Assembly: GCA_964455675.1 (NCBI GenBank)
Contig: CAYVYK010000004.1
Span: 1-64,000, forward strand
Origin: an uncultured Methanosarcinales archaeon
Lineage (GTDB): Archaea; Nanobdellota; Nanobdellia; Woesearchaeales; CAYVYK01
Direction of reading: 5' to 3'
Length of the DNA stretch: 64,000 nucleotides
Part shown: positions 39,762 through 48,688 of the stretch, piece by piece
How positions within the stretch are numbered: position 1 is the stretch's first letter
Layout of the letters: each line of letters opens with the position of its first letter
Notes under the pieces: generated by a model
Databases searched by the model: none
Seen by the model: only the letters and a program-made list of their open reading frames with translations
What the model was told of the DNA's origin: nothing
Position numbers and translations under genes: made by a program

Positions 39762-42008
39762 ATGAAACCAAAAACTAACCTTGCTATTACTCCACCAATA
39801 CCGCCGCCACCAGACTTAGAAGAGAAAAAAGGATTCTTTGAACGATTCTTTGGCGGCTCAAAGCCTGATATTCACCAGCTGCCTAAACTCGATTTGACCG
39901 ATGAAAAATTGATGAAGGCGCCAGCGCCGCCTGGAGCTGTCGACAAGAAGATCGAGAATAAGATTGATCAAATTCAGGTAATGAGAGAATCGGTTGACAA
40001 GGAGCATCGCACCAAGAAGGAAGAGCTCAAGAATTATGAGCGAGAACTCAACCACAAAGAAGCATTGCTGAAGGAAAGCATTGCCGATCACGACAGGAAA
40101 AAACAAACGCTCGAACGGATCGCTCAAGATGCCAAAAAGAGGGAAGCGGAGCTTCATGCGAAGCGCGAAGAGCTGCGGAAAAAGGAAGAAGAACTGGAGC
40201 GCAAAGCAGCCAAGATCCCTCAAGAAAACCGTAAGGCAAACATGCTTGAGCGGGAGAATGTGGAACTCCACCGAAAAGTCGAGGAGCATGCAGAAAAGGT
40301 ACGCGCACTCGAACAAGTATCAAGAAATAGATCGATGGAGCTCGAGCAGATGTATCGTGAGCTAAAAAAGAAAGAGAGCCTGCTCCAAGACAGAGAAATC
40401 ATGCTGAGGTCCCAGCCGGTAAGCCAAGACAAGGCTCAACAAGAGGAGTTTGCCAAAAAGCGGGCTGAAATCGAGAGCGCAAAAAAACAACTCGAGGAAC
40501 AAAGAAAGCAGTACGAGAATGCGCAAAAGCAGCTCTCCATGGAACGCAAGCAACATGAAGAAGAGCGCGCAAAAATTGAGCAGAATCGAAAGCAAGTAGA
40601 GCTGCAGAGAGCAGCGCACGAAGCTGAGCGCAAGAGACTCGAGCAGATTCGGATCGAACACGAAAACGCTCGCAAACAGATAGAGAAACAGAAGTACGAG
40701 CATGAATCAGCACAAAAGCAAGTCGAGCGACAGAAAAGAGAGTTCCTAGATCAACAGAAGCAGCTTGAACGAAGCAGAGAATCACTCGAAAAAGACAAGT
40801 CAGAACATCAAAAGGATATCCAGAATCTGGAGCAGCAAGAAAAGCAACTTGAAGCAAAGATTCAGGACGTGCAAAAAAGACTCCAGGAAATCAACAGCCA
40901 AAAGATAACCGCGGAGCGTGAACTCAAGTTACGCGAGCAGGGCATGGAAAAGCAAGTCAGGGAACTGAAACTAGCCCAGGAGCGGCTTCTCAAGGAGCAG
41001 CAAAAAATCGAAGCGGAAAAAACGGAGAACAGGAAGTATGCCGACTCATTACGATCAAAAGAACAAGAATTGAAGACGAAGGAGAAACTCGTTTTCCACC
41101 GGGAACTCACCTGGATCGAGCGGGAAGAGAATATCAAGAAGCTCGCGGAAGAGATTAACATCCGCAAGAAAACATTTGCAGAAGACCTCTTGCGTTTCAA
41201 GAATGAATTCGAAACGCTACAGAAACAGTGGCAGGAAAATGAGCTTGTGTACCGGCAGGCAAAAATCACAATCGATGCGGAGAAAGATACTGTCAATCGA
41301 ATCAAGAAAGAGGAGAAGAATCTCAATTCTGTCGTGAACAAATACAAGAAAGCATGGGAACGCATGCAGCGTGAGAAAGAAGACTTGGATACACGACGAG
41401 AAAACGCACAGGAACGGATTGAGACGCTTGTGCGTATGGAAGCTGAGCGAAAGGATCAACTCTCACAACTTTCACTAGAAAGAAAAAGACTGGCACAGGC
41501 AAGGGAAGCGTTCTCCAAATGGAAACAGGAGGAGCATGACGAACTGCGCAAACGAGAGAAGACTCTTTCAGACTGGCAGGATAAACTTGAGAAACGCTGG
41601 GCGGAAGTAAAGAATATCAGAGCGATCAAGGACGATATCCAGAACCTCAAGCGGGTCCATGACAAGCTTAAGCACTCCGTTACGCACGACCTCGCGATTG
41701 GATTCAAGGATGTCCACAAGGAAGTCGCGATAATCCAGCAGGAAAAAGAACGAGAACAAAAGTTCCATAGGCCAATCAGAACAAAGCTCATTGAAGTAAC
41801 GAGGCAGCCAACAGAACAACGTATGGAATTGAAGGGAGAAGTCCATCAGATCCGAGGACTCATCCAGGAAGGCAGGCTTGAAGAAGCGCGGAATATGCTG
41901 AGAGAACTCTCAAAACAGTCGCAGAGATTCCAAAAGGACGACCAAGAACGCATGCAGTACGAGATCGAAGAACTCCGCACGGATCTTGAACTTGCCACAC
42001 TCGTCTAA
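39762..42008 (+). CDS. Long coiled-coil protein (748 aa)
   Basis: E/K/Q/R-rich heptads over about 600 aa; Pro-rich N-terminus with KKGFFERFFG. Confidence 0.8.
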   Translation: MKPKTNLAITPPIPPPPDLEEKKGFFERFFGGSKPDIHQLPKLDLTDEKLMKAPAPPGAVDKKIENKIDQIQVMRESVDKEHRTKKEELKNYERELNHKEALLKESIADHDRKKQTLERIAQDAKKREAELHAKREELRKKEEELERKAAKIPQENRKANMLERENVELHRKVEEHAEKVRALEQVSRNRSMELEQMYRELKKKESLLQDREIMLRSQPVSQDKAQQEEFAKKRAEIESAKKQLEEQRKQYENAQKQLSMERKQHEEERAKIEQNRKQVELQRAAHEAERKRLEQIRIEHENARKQIEKQKYEHESAQKQVERQKREFLDQQKQLERSRESLEKDKSEHQKDIQNLEQQEKQLEAKIQDVQKRLQEINSQKITAERELKLREQGMEKQVRELKLAQERLLKEQQKIEAEKTENRKYADSLRSKEQELKTKEKLVFHRELTWIEREENIKKLAEEINIRKKTFAEDLLRFKNEFETLQKQWQENELVYRQAKITIDAEKDTVNRIKKEEKNLNSVVNKYKKAWERMQREKEDLDTRRENAQERIETLVRMEAERKDQLSQLSLERKRLAQAREAFSKWKQEEHDELRKREKTLSDWQDKLEKRWAEVKNIRAIKDDIQNLKRVHDKLKHSVTHDLAIGFKDVHKEVAIIQQEKEREQKFHRPIRTKLIEVTRQPTEQRMELKGEVHQIRGLIQEGRLEEARNMLRELSKQSQRFQKDDQERMQYEIEELRTDLELATLV

Positions 42009-43060
42009 CGTTGTACGGAAATCGTGGTCTTGTCAACTGAGAAAACGCTTGGTAGGAAAAGCTCTGTCACCTGCATGTTCGTCCGGGCATGCATCGTCAC
42101 AGCAGATGTGCGGATTTTCCCACCAAATACCGCGAGGAATGGAACAAGCTGATCAGCCATATAACGATCGACGGCAGCGTTGGAAGAAAGCTCCTCGATC
42201 AGAGAGCGCGCAGAGTCAGAACCTACTTTTTCTGCAGGAATGCCCGGACTTCCCAGAGCATCCCGCCCAATCAGGAGTGGAGGACGTTCAATACCATCAG
42301 ATTCGCGCGATGCACGCATCGCGACGAGAGTGATTCCTGAACCTGTGCACGGGCTATCAACATATTCGCGCTGAATACTCACCGGGACGCCAAGACTCTG
42401 GAGTGCATGCTCTGCAGCAATGGCTTGACGGTCAGCAACACGAGCGGACTCTAGATCCTTACTTGCGTGCGATATACCGCGCACGGTAATCAAGGATCCC
42501 TCATCATCTCGGACAATCCGCGGAAGAAGAGTCCTCTTGATATCAGTCTGGTCATAGGAAGGATTAACGATAAGCTCAACGATGCCACCACCCTTGGGAA
42601 AATATCCGCGCTTCAGGAGATTGCATCGAATGTTCCCCTGGTGCTGCAAATGGGGAAGCAAGACAAGCCGAACATAATCAATCGAAGGGCTCCACGCGAC
42701 ATCTGTTCCGCCAATGATCGTGCACCGCACTTCTTTTCCAGAAAACAGACATGGTAGGATGAGGGACTGAAGAACAAGAGTGATGGACCCGGCGGTTCCG
42801 ATATTTATCTCGGCAGAATACTTTGAGATCTTTCTTGGATCAAAAGAGATTTCTGTTGAACCGACAGATGCGTTAGCCGACTCGCTATCGGAAAGCGCTT
42901 CAAGGGCACGTATACACCAAAGATGCTGCGCTTTGAGGCCCGGCTCAGATCGAACCTTGCGAATGTTACGCATGCGAAACGGCTTTAGTGTCAGCATGGA
43001 TAGCGCAAGCGCCGTCCTGAGCATCTGACCGCCGCCCTCGCTGCCATCGATCTCAATCAT
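42005..43060 (-). CDS. rtcA: RNA 3'-terminal phosphate cyclase
   Basis: IEIDGSEGGGQMLRTALALS, PGLKAQHL, GGTDV.WSP, RGYFPKGGG, DQLVPF. Confidence 0.93.
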   Translation of the reverse strand: MIEIDGSEGGGQMLRTALALSMLTLKPFRMRNIRKVRSEPGLKAQHLWCIRALEALSDSESANASVGSTEISFDPRKISKYSAEINIGTAGSITLVLQSLILPCLFSGKEVRCTIIGGTDVAWSPSIDYVRLVLLPHLQHQGNIRCNLLKRGYFPKGGGIVELIVNPSYDQTDIKRTLLPRIVRDDEGSLITVRGISHASKDLESARVADRQAIAAEHALQSLGVPVSIQREYVDSPCTGSGITLVAMRASRESDGIERPPLLIGRDALGSPGIPAEKVGSDSARSLIEELSSNAAVDRYMADQLVPFLAVFGGKIRTSAVTMHARTNMQVTELFLPSVFSVDKTTISVQR

Positions 43061-43113
43061 AAAGGATCGAGACGGGCATAGGCTTATATGTCTTTCCAGG
43101 TTTTCGAGGGCGT

Positions 43114-44337
43114 ATGTCACAGCATGAGAAAAACTATCGTCGACTTGAGGAACTCGTATTTCCCATGATCAGCCATCATCTCGATCCCGAGTACACAAAA
43201 CATCAGGCAACAAGTTCACTTATCTCGCGCATGCTCCACAGCAAGATCTGGCCCGTGCGCGTCGAGGGACTCGATGAGGCGCTTGCTGCACGCACAAAGG
43301 GTGAAGTAAAGTATGTCTATTGCGCAAATCATCGGAGCGAGATCGACTATTTCGTGATCCAATCCCTGCTTGCAGAGCGAGATGAGCCTGCAGTCATCGC
43401 CGCGGGGGACAATCTTCTCAAGCTTCCGATTATAGGACCGTTTTTCAGGCGAACGGGAGCGCACTCGATCATCAGAAAACCTTGCACCGTTCGAATAAAA
43501 TCATCAATCAACAGTCTCTGGGAAGCAAGCGAAACATTTGAGATCGGACGACTCGATATTCCGCTTCTTGCCCATGGATACCTTGAACAAGTGATACTCA
43601 ACGAACCATGGGATTACATGATTTTTTGCGAAGTGGAACGCAACGGAGAACAAACAAAATATGGCCGAAGCTATGACGGATCTCTCCTGCCATTTGACAC
43701 ACGGCCATTTACCTCCATTGGGCGGATACAACATTCCCTTGGCGGAAAGAAAACGAATGTAAGAGAGATCAAGGTAGTTCCGGTAGCAATCACCTGGGAA
43801 CGGGTCCCGGAAGACGCGAACTTTGCATGCATGCAAAGCATGAGCAAGTTGGTTCCTCCATTTGTAAAGAACGCGTGGGACTTTGCGTATTTCGTACGCA
43901 CGGGAATGCAAAACTCGTTTGGAGTCACGGTAAAGTTTGGAACACCATTGGAAGCACCAAGACTGCGGACTGGACGGGACAAGCAGACAGTAACACAATA
44001 TGCTGAGTTAGTGCGATCAACAGTTGGATACCTCCATGCACCGTACGAAACACAGCTCGTGGCAACCGTACTTGAAAACCGAATGCCGAAGAAGGAGCTT
44101 CTCGAACGAATTGCGGAAGAGTACGGGCGGTGGAGCGAACAAAAGATGGACATGACAAACATGCAATCAAAAGATCCCGAAGCGATATACAGACGAGCAC
44201 GCCGCCAATTCGACGCACGATGGCGGGAAGTCACAAAAGAACATGACGGAAGAATCCATATCCTTCGGCCGGATGTGACTGCCCAGTATCACAACCATGT
44301 CAGACATCTAACGGCAGATCCCGCATCCAGGATATAG
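43114..44337 (+). CDS. Glycerol-3-phosphate/lysophospholipid acyltransferase, PlsB/GPAT-like
   Basis: NHRSEIDY (HX4D), IAAGDNL, GAHSIIR, GRSYDG, VVPVAITWE, VKFGTPL. Confidence 0.8.
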   Translation: MSQHEKNYRRLEELVFPMISHHLDPEYTKHQATSSLISRMLHSKIWPVRVEGLDEALAARTKGEVKYVYCANHRSEIDYFVIQSLLAERDEPAVIAAGDNLLKLPIIGPFFRRTGAHSIIRKPCTVRIKSSINSLWEASETFEIGRLDIPLLAHGYLEQVILNEPWDYMIFCEVERNGEQTKYGRSYDGSLLPFDTRPFTSIGRIQHSLGGKKTNVREIKVVPVAITWERVPEDANFACMQSMSKLVPPFVKNAWDFAYFVRTGMQNSFGVTVKFGTPLEAPRLRTGRDKQTVTQYAELVRSTVGYLHAPYETQLVATVLENRMPKKELLERIAEEYGRWSEQKMDMTNMQSKDPEAIYRRARRQFDARWREVTKEHDGRIHILRPDVTAQYHNHVRHLTADPASRI

Positions 44338-44366
44338 CGAGCATCCTTCTCCTGTGACCATCCGAT

Positions 44367-45866
44367 TCACTTACCCGTTCGATCGGCAAAATCAAAAAAG
44401 GAGTTTAACTCTGATACATGGACCGTACCGTGTTCCACAACGTATTCTGATGCCGGTTTGATGCCATTCTCATATTGCCTTAGGATAATCACCACATCAC
44501 GCTCAAGATCGCTGACGAGCTGCCTTGGCATATCCAGACGAGGCAGTGCACTTCCATTATAGTGGAAGAGGAAATTCGCGTCAACCTGCCTGTTCCTTAT
44601 CGCATGAAGATATCGATACACCGTAAGAACATTCCGCTGGTCTTCAAGGAGACCCACCGAGCGATTACCATACAAGAGATGTTCCGCACAATGACCAGCG
44701 ATAAAAATTTTCATACGACGCTCAAGATCGGTCTCAAGAGTGAGTATATCACTCTCATGCGCCACAAGGTGCGCGTAACCAAGAGAGTTCATGTGCTCCT
44801 CGGCACTGATGAACGCAGCCCGGTAGCCAAGATACCGCGCGACAAGATAATGACCTATCTCGTGGACGGCAACGCGCTTTTTCTGTTCAGGAGTAAGCGC
44901 GACGTCGAGCTTATTACCCATCAGCCGTGCGTTCAGCGCACGGAGAAGATCCATATTGGTGATTGGAACATCCATTGCGCCAGCCGCAAAACGCATCTGC
45001 TTTGCCTCATCAACAACTGCCTTGACAAACGCACCCGTTTCATGCATCGGCACGCATGTGGCTATCTCCATAGGATCCTCGTCATACCGCACGCCATCGT
45101 GGGACAAGTAGTAGGAAAAAATGCGTGCTTTGGATTCAAGACTTGGAGGGCTGACAAAAAGAACGTCAAGCCTGCCCGGCCTATAGGCGGGACTCTGCTG
45201 ACTTTCCATTGAGTGCAATGTTACCTTGGATCGAGTCACGTCCTTATTTGTCGTACCGAGCAAGTATATTCCTGCGTTCCTTTCACTCTGGACTCCGCTC
45301 AGTTCCTCAAGCAGAGTCATCGTGTTCCGCTCGGTATAATCAATCCCGATCTCATCTTGGAACAGGATTACGGGTTTACCAGTCTTATCCCTTCGCTTTC
45401 GCGCCTCCTCATACGCGGCTGAAATCTTGCCAAAACCCTCAAACTCACCGCGGTTCAGACGAAAGACGGTACCAGGTGTCTTTGTAAAGAAGTATCTCGC
45501 AAGAAGCGTCTTGCCTGAACCTGGAGGGCCCACAAGGACAACACCACGAGGAACCTCAACCTTTCCCAGACACTCACGATACTGTAGAAGTAGTCTGCTA
45601 TCCATATCAAGACGACTGACGATACTCTCTAGACCAATCACTCCATCCGGTGCAACAGGATCAAAGTTGTACGCGGATACCTTCTCGCGACTGGTTGACG
45701 CTTGAGGATTAAAGCTCACCTCAACAAAAGCGGCATCCTCCTCCCTTCGGTGCTTCAAATATTTATAGAGGGCGGTTCCCGCGAGAACACCGACACCAAC
45801 GCCCGTGACAATGCTTGCCAAGATACCGATCTGCTTCAAATATTCGTATGTTTCATTCCAGTCCAT
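44367..45866 (-). CDS. FtsH-like AAA+ zinc metalloprotease (AAA + M41), divergent
   Basis: One N-terminal TM, PRGVVLVGPPGSGKTLLA, ILFQDEI, RPGRLD, VAVHEIGH, AGHCAE. Confidence 0.8.
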   Translation of the reverse strand: MDWNETYEYLKQIGILASIVTGVGVGVLAGTALYKYLKHRREEDAAFVEVSFNPQASTSREKVSAYNFDPVAPDGVIGLESIVSRLDMDSRLLLQYRECLGKVEVPRGVVLVGPPGSGKTLLARYFFTKTPGTVFRLNRGEFEGFGKISAAYEEARKRRDKTGKPVILFQDEIGIDYTERNTMTLLEELSGVQSERNAGIYLLGTTNKDVTRSKVTLHSMESQQSPAYRPGRLDVLFVSPPSLESKARIFSYYLSHDGVRYDEDPMEIATCVPMHETGAFVKAVVDEAKQMRFAAGAMDVPITNMDLLRALNARLMGNKLDVALTPEQKKRVAVHEIGHYLVARYLGYRAAFISAEEHMNSLGYAHLVAHESDILTLETDLERRMKIFIAGHCAEHLLYGNRSVGLLEDQRNVLTVYRYLHAIRNRQVDANFLFHYNGSALPRLDMPRQLVSDLERDVVIILRQYENGIKPASEYVVEHGTVHVSELNSFFDFADRTGK

Positions 45867-45966
45867 GACAATCGCGAATCATAGAGGGTATAAAAGCCAT
45901 TCTCAAAGAAGTTCTCATTTCTTGGTTCTCTCTATTCACATCAATTCATGTTCATGGTGCTGAATG

Positions 45967-45981
45967 TGCATCAGTGATGCA
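45967..45981. promoter_or_regulatory. Palindrome TGCATCA-G-TGATGCA immediately upstream of a TATA box (CCTTAAATA)
   Basis: Perfect 7-1-7 inverted repeat between the divergent FtsH-like and regulator genes. Confidence 0.4.
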
Positions 45982-46044
45982 TAAACCTTAAATAGATACT
46001 ATTCATTCAAGTACACTGTTGAAGAGTTCTTGAGGTGGTTAAGA

Positions 46045-46680
46045 ATGACAAAATACACAATCATAGCACCATGGGGGGACCAGATGGATAATCTGTTCCC
46101 GGGAATCAAAGATTTCCCCACGGAGAAGATTATTCTCGTTGTCCCGGAAAAGTCCAAAGCGGAAGCCTTGAAATTCAAGGAAGGGATCGACAAGTTCAGG
46201 ATTCCAGTACAGATACGAACGATCACGGGTAACGTGTGGGAAGAAACATTCAAGGCCGTCGCAGAAATTCGAGCTCATGAAGGTGATAGCAACCTGATCG
46301 TGAACGTTGCCACGGGCGATCGCATGACGCGGTGCGCGGCAACGAGCGCAGCATTCGTCAACGGACTTAAAGCATTTGGAGTAGAGGGAGACCAGACCAT
46401 GCTTCTTCCCGTACTCAAATTCTCGTATTACAGGGTTCTCTCCGACAAGAAAATGGATATCCTCAAATATCTCAACAAATATCCTGAAGGCATCACGCTC
46501 GATCGTGTTTGCAAGGATGTGAAAATGAGCTTACCACTACTCTCCTACCACCTGAATGGAAACCTGAAGTCAGAGGGATTGAAGGACCTTGGACTTATCG
46601 ACGTTGAGGACCAGAAAGGAAGATCTCGGGTTAAGCTCAGCATGCAGGGTAGACTGCTTATAAAGGGTTATATCTCTTGA
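46045..46680 (+). CDS. CARF/Csa3-like (DUF6293-type) wHTH transcriptional regulator
   Basis: Rossmann-like N-terminus with LIVNVATGDR; C-terminal SLPLLSYHL..GLKDLGLI wHTH; GAGGTG SD. Confidence 0.7.
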   Translation: MTKYTIIAPWGDQMDNLFPGIKDFPTEKIILVVPEKSKAEALKFKEGIDKFRIPVQIRTITGNVWEETFKAVAEIRAHEGDSNLIVNVATGDRMTRCAATSAAFVNGLKAFGVEGDQTMLLPVLKFSYYRVLSDKKMDILKYLNKYPEGITLDRVCKDVKMSLPLLSYHLNGNLKSEGLKDLGLIDVEDQKGRSRVKLSMQGRLLIKGYIS

Positions 46681-46805
46681 AATCTGGGTTTGTAGCAATC
46701 CTTTATAAATGAGTTGAGCAAGTTTTAAATAGAAGAGCCTTTACGTTTTCTGTCCAAAGGGTATCCCAAAGGAGTTTATAACAGATTGAAGTAGGTTGGG
46801 GGAGA

Positions 46806-47402
46806 ATGGAAGAACAACGGAGTTCCAAAGAAGAGAAGGCTATTGTGCTAGATGTTTTGCCAAATGGATACCCATTCGATCCACGCCCAAGCCATAAGAA
46901 AACCCCAATAGTCCAGGCACTAGGCAAAACGCGATTCGTTCTCCTCGAGCTTGTGCCCCGAAAAGGGATTGCAGTAAATCCGAATGAAGAAGTGTATATC
47001 GGAGAGGGGAAACGAGACAAAATCCATCACATCCTTGGAAGGTTGCCAGTTGATCGGCTTACCGCAACAGCGCATTCTGAGCTGCGTGCAGTCCTTGGCG
47101 ATCTTGTCAAGCAAAATGAGGCACGGTTCGTGGAATTTTTCAATACAGCGCAACCGCTAACCACAAGGATGCATACGCTCGAACTCTTGCATGGCCTAGG
47201 AAAAAAGCACATGTGGGAAATCATTGAAAAAAGAGATGAAAAAAAGTTCGAAAGCTTTACGGACATCAAGCAGAGAGTTAAGCTCATGCCCAACCCTGAA
47301 AAAGCGATCATCCAGAGGATCCTCACGGAGCTCCAAGGAAACGAGAAGCACCGACTTTTTGTGGACATTCCTTACGATCTTTCTCCTCGCAGCATACTAT
47401 AG
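46806..47402 (+). CDS. DUF655 putative RNA-binding protein
   Basis: AIVLDVLPNG, QALG..FVLLEL, VYIGEGKRDKI, TTRMHTLELL.GLGKK. Confidence 0.9.
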   Translation: MEEQRSSKEEKAIVLDVLPNGYPFDPRPSHKKTPIVQALGKTRFVLLELVPRKGIAVNPNEEVYIGEGKRDKIHHILGRLPVDRLTATAHSELRAVLGDLVKQNEARFVEFFNTAQPLTTRMHTLELLHGLGKKHMWEIIEKRDEKKFESFTDIKQRVKLMPNPEKAIIQRILTELQGNEKHRLFVDIPYDLSPRSIL

Positions 47403-47651
47403 TGATACTACGTAGATGCGGGTGCAAAAATAGAATATGTAACAGAACAGGATGAACAGGATAAACTCAACGAAGAGTATGATTTTCTTCTGAAAAATCA
47501 CAGGGAGCATCTCGGGATGGCGAAAATATGATATGAAGAGCCATGCATCAACGACGCCGAGCACAAGACACGCAAGGGCGCCAACAAGAGCAGTTGCCGG
47601 TGATGATAGGACAAGGCTTTGAACATAGACGGCAAGGCCGGTGAACTTCAT
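47397..47651 (-). CDS. Small two-TM membrane protein
   Basis: 84-aa hydrophobic ORF filling the gap between genes. Confidence 0.45.
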   Translation of the reverse strand: MKFTGLAVYVQSLVLSSPATALVGALACLVLGVVDAWLFISYFRHPEMLPVIFQKKIILFVEFILFILFCYIFYFCTRIYVVSL

Positions 47652-47731
47652 TCGTGGTCCATTGCACACCAGCTATATATCCTTTTCCGTCAGAGCGAAT
47701 ATTTAAATAGAAAGACGCATAGGATGCACGC

Positions 47732-48688
47732 ATGTTTACAGTGTACGACCGGAAAAAAGGGCGTTTCCGAGTCGGTAAACTCGAGGATGTCAAAGACCGA
47801 GGCATGGACTGGATCGACTGCCTCAGCCCCACAGAACAAGAGATCAAGAAGATCGCAAGCATTCTGAAACTATCGCAAAAACACCTTATCCATCTCATGA
47901 AGTCGGATGCGCGTGCGCAAGCATACGACGATAAGGAATATTCTCTCCTCGCATTCTCGATTCCCTACCAGGAAGATGGTGTAGTTAAATTCGCACCGTT
48001 CATCGTATTTCTGCTCAAGAACAATACGCTCATCACGGTACGTACACACGATCTTGCCATTGTCGCGACCGTCGCAGATCAGCTGCGCACAAATCCAGAG
48101 TCCATGAGCAGCCCCATTGACTTTATTCACCGACTTATCGAAGTGATGCTCCAAAAATACGAAACAATGCTTACCGGGATGGATGATGATTCCGAGAAAA
48201 TAGAAGATCGAGTCATGACAGGCATCCTCACGGATGATGTATCAAAGATATTTGCCATGAGAAAAGAAGTCATCGTGCTGCAGCGCTCACTTCTTCCCTT
48301 GCGCGAGATCCTTGCAACGATCAGGAAAGGGTATCTTGAGGGCATCCCACCAAAGGACAGAGTGAGATTCCACTTCCTTTTCAACGACGCAATCAAACTC
48401 TATGACCAGGCAGACATCATCCGCGAAACACTGAGGAGTGTCCTTGAGATGCGGCTCATCGCACAGTCCAACAGACTCAACGTCACGGTCAAGAAACTCA
48501 CTGCATGGGCGTCACTCTTTCTGCTCCCAACGCTTATCGCAAGCATCTACGGAATGAATTTTGACACATCGTCGATGTTCAACATGCCAGAGCTCACATG
48601 GAAATTTGGATACCTCTTTTCGATCGGCCTCATGGCAGCATCGACACTTGGCCTCTATCTCTACTTCAAAAAAGCAGACTGGCTTTAA
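47732..48688 (+). CDS. corA: CorA magnesium transporter
   Basis: WIDCLSPT, SNRLNVTVKKLT, YGMNF, MPELTW. Confidence 0.93.
   Translation: MFTVYDRKKGRFRVGKLEDVKDRGMDWIDCLSPTEQEIKKIASILKLSQKHLIHLMKSDARAQAYDDKEYSLLAFSIPYQEDGVVKFAPFIVFLLKNNTLITVRTHDLAIVATVADQLRTNPESMSSPIDFIHRLIEVMLQKYETMLTGMDDDSEKIEDRVMTGILTDDVSKIFAMRKEVIVLQRSLLPLREILATIRKGYLEGIPPKDRVRFHFLFNDAIKLYDQADIIRETLRSVLEMRLIAQSNRLNVTVKKLTAWASLFLLPTLIASIYGMNFDTSSMFNMPELTWKFGYLFSIGLMAASTLGLYLYFKKADWL

Noticed and set aside
39762..42008. SMC/Rad50 ATPase
   Set aside because: No Walker A/B, signature motif or hinge
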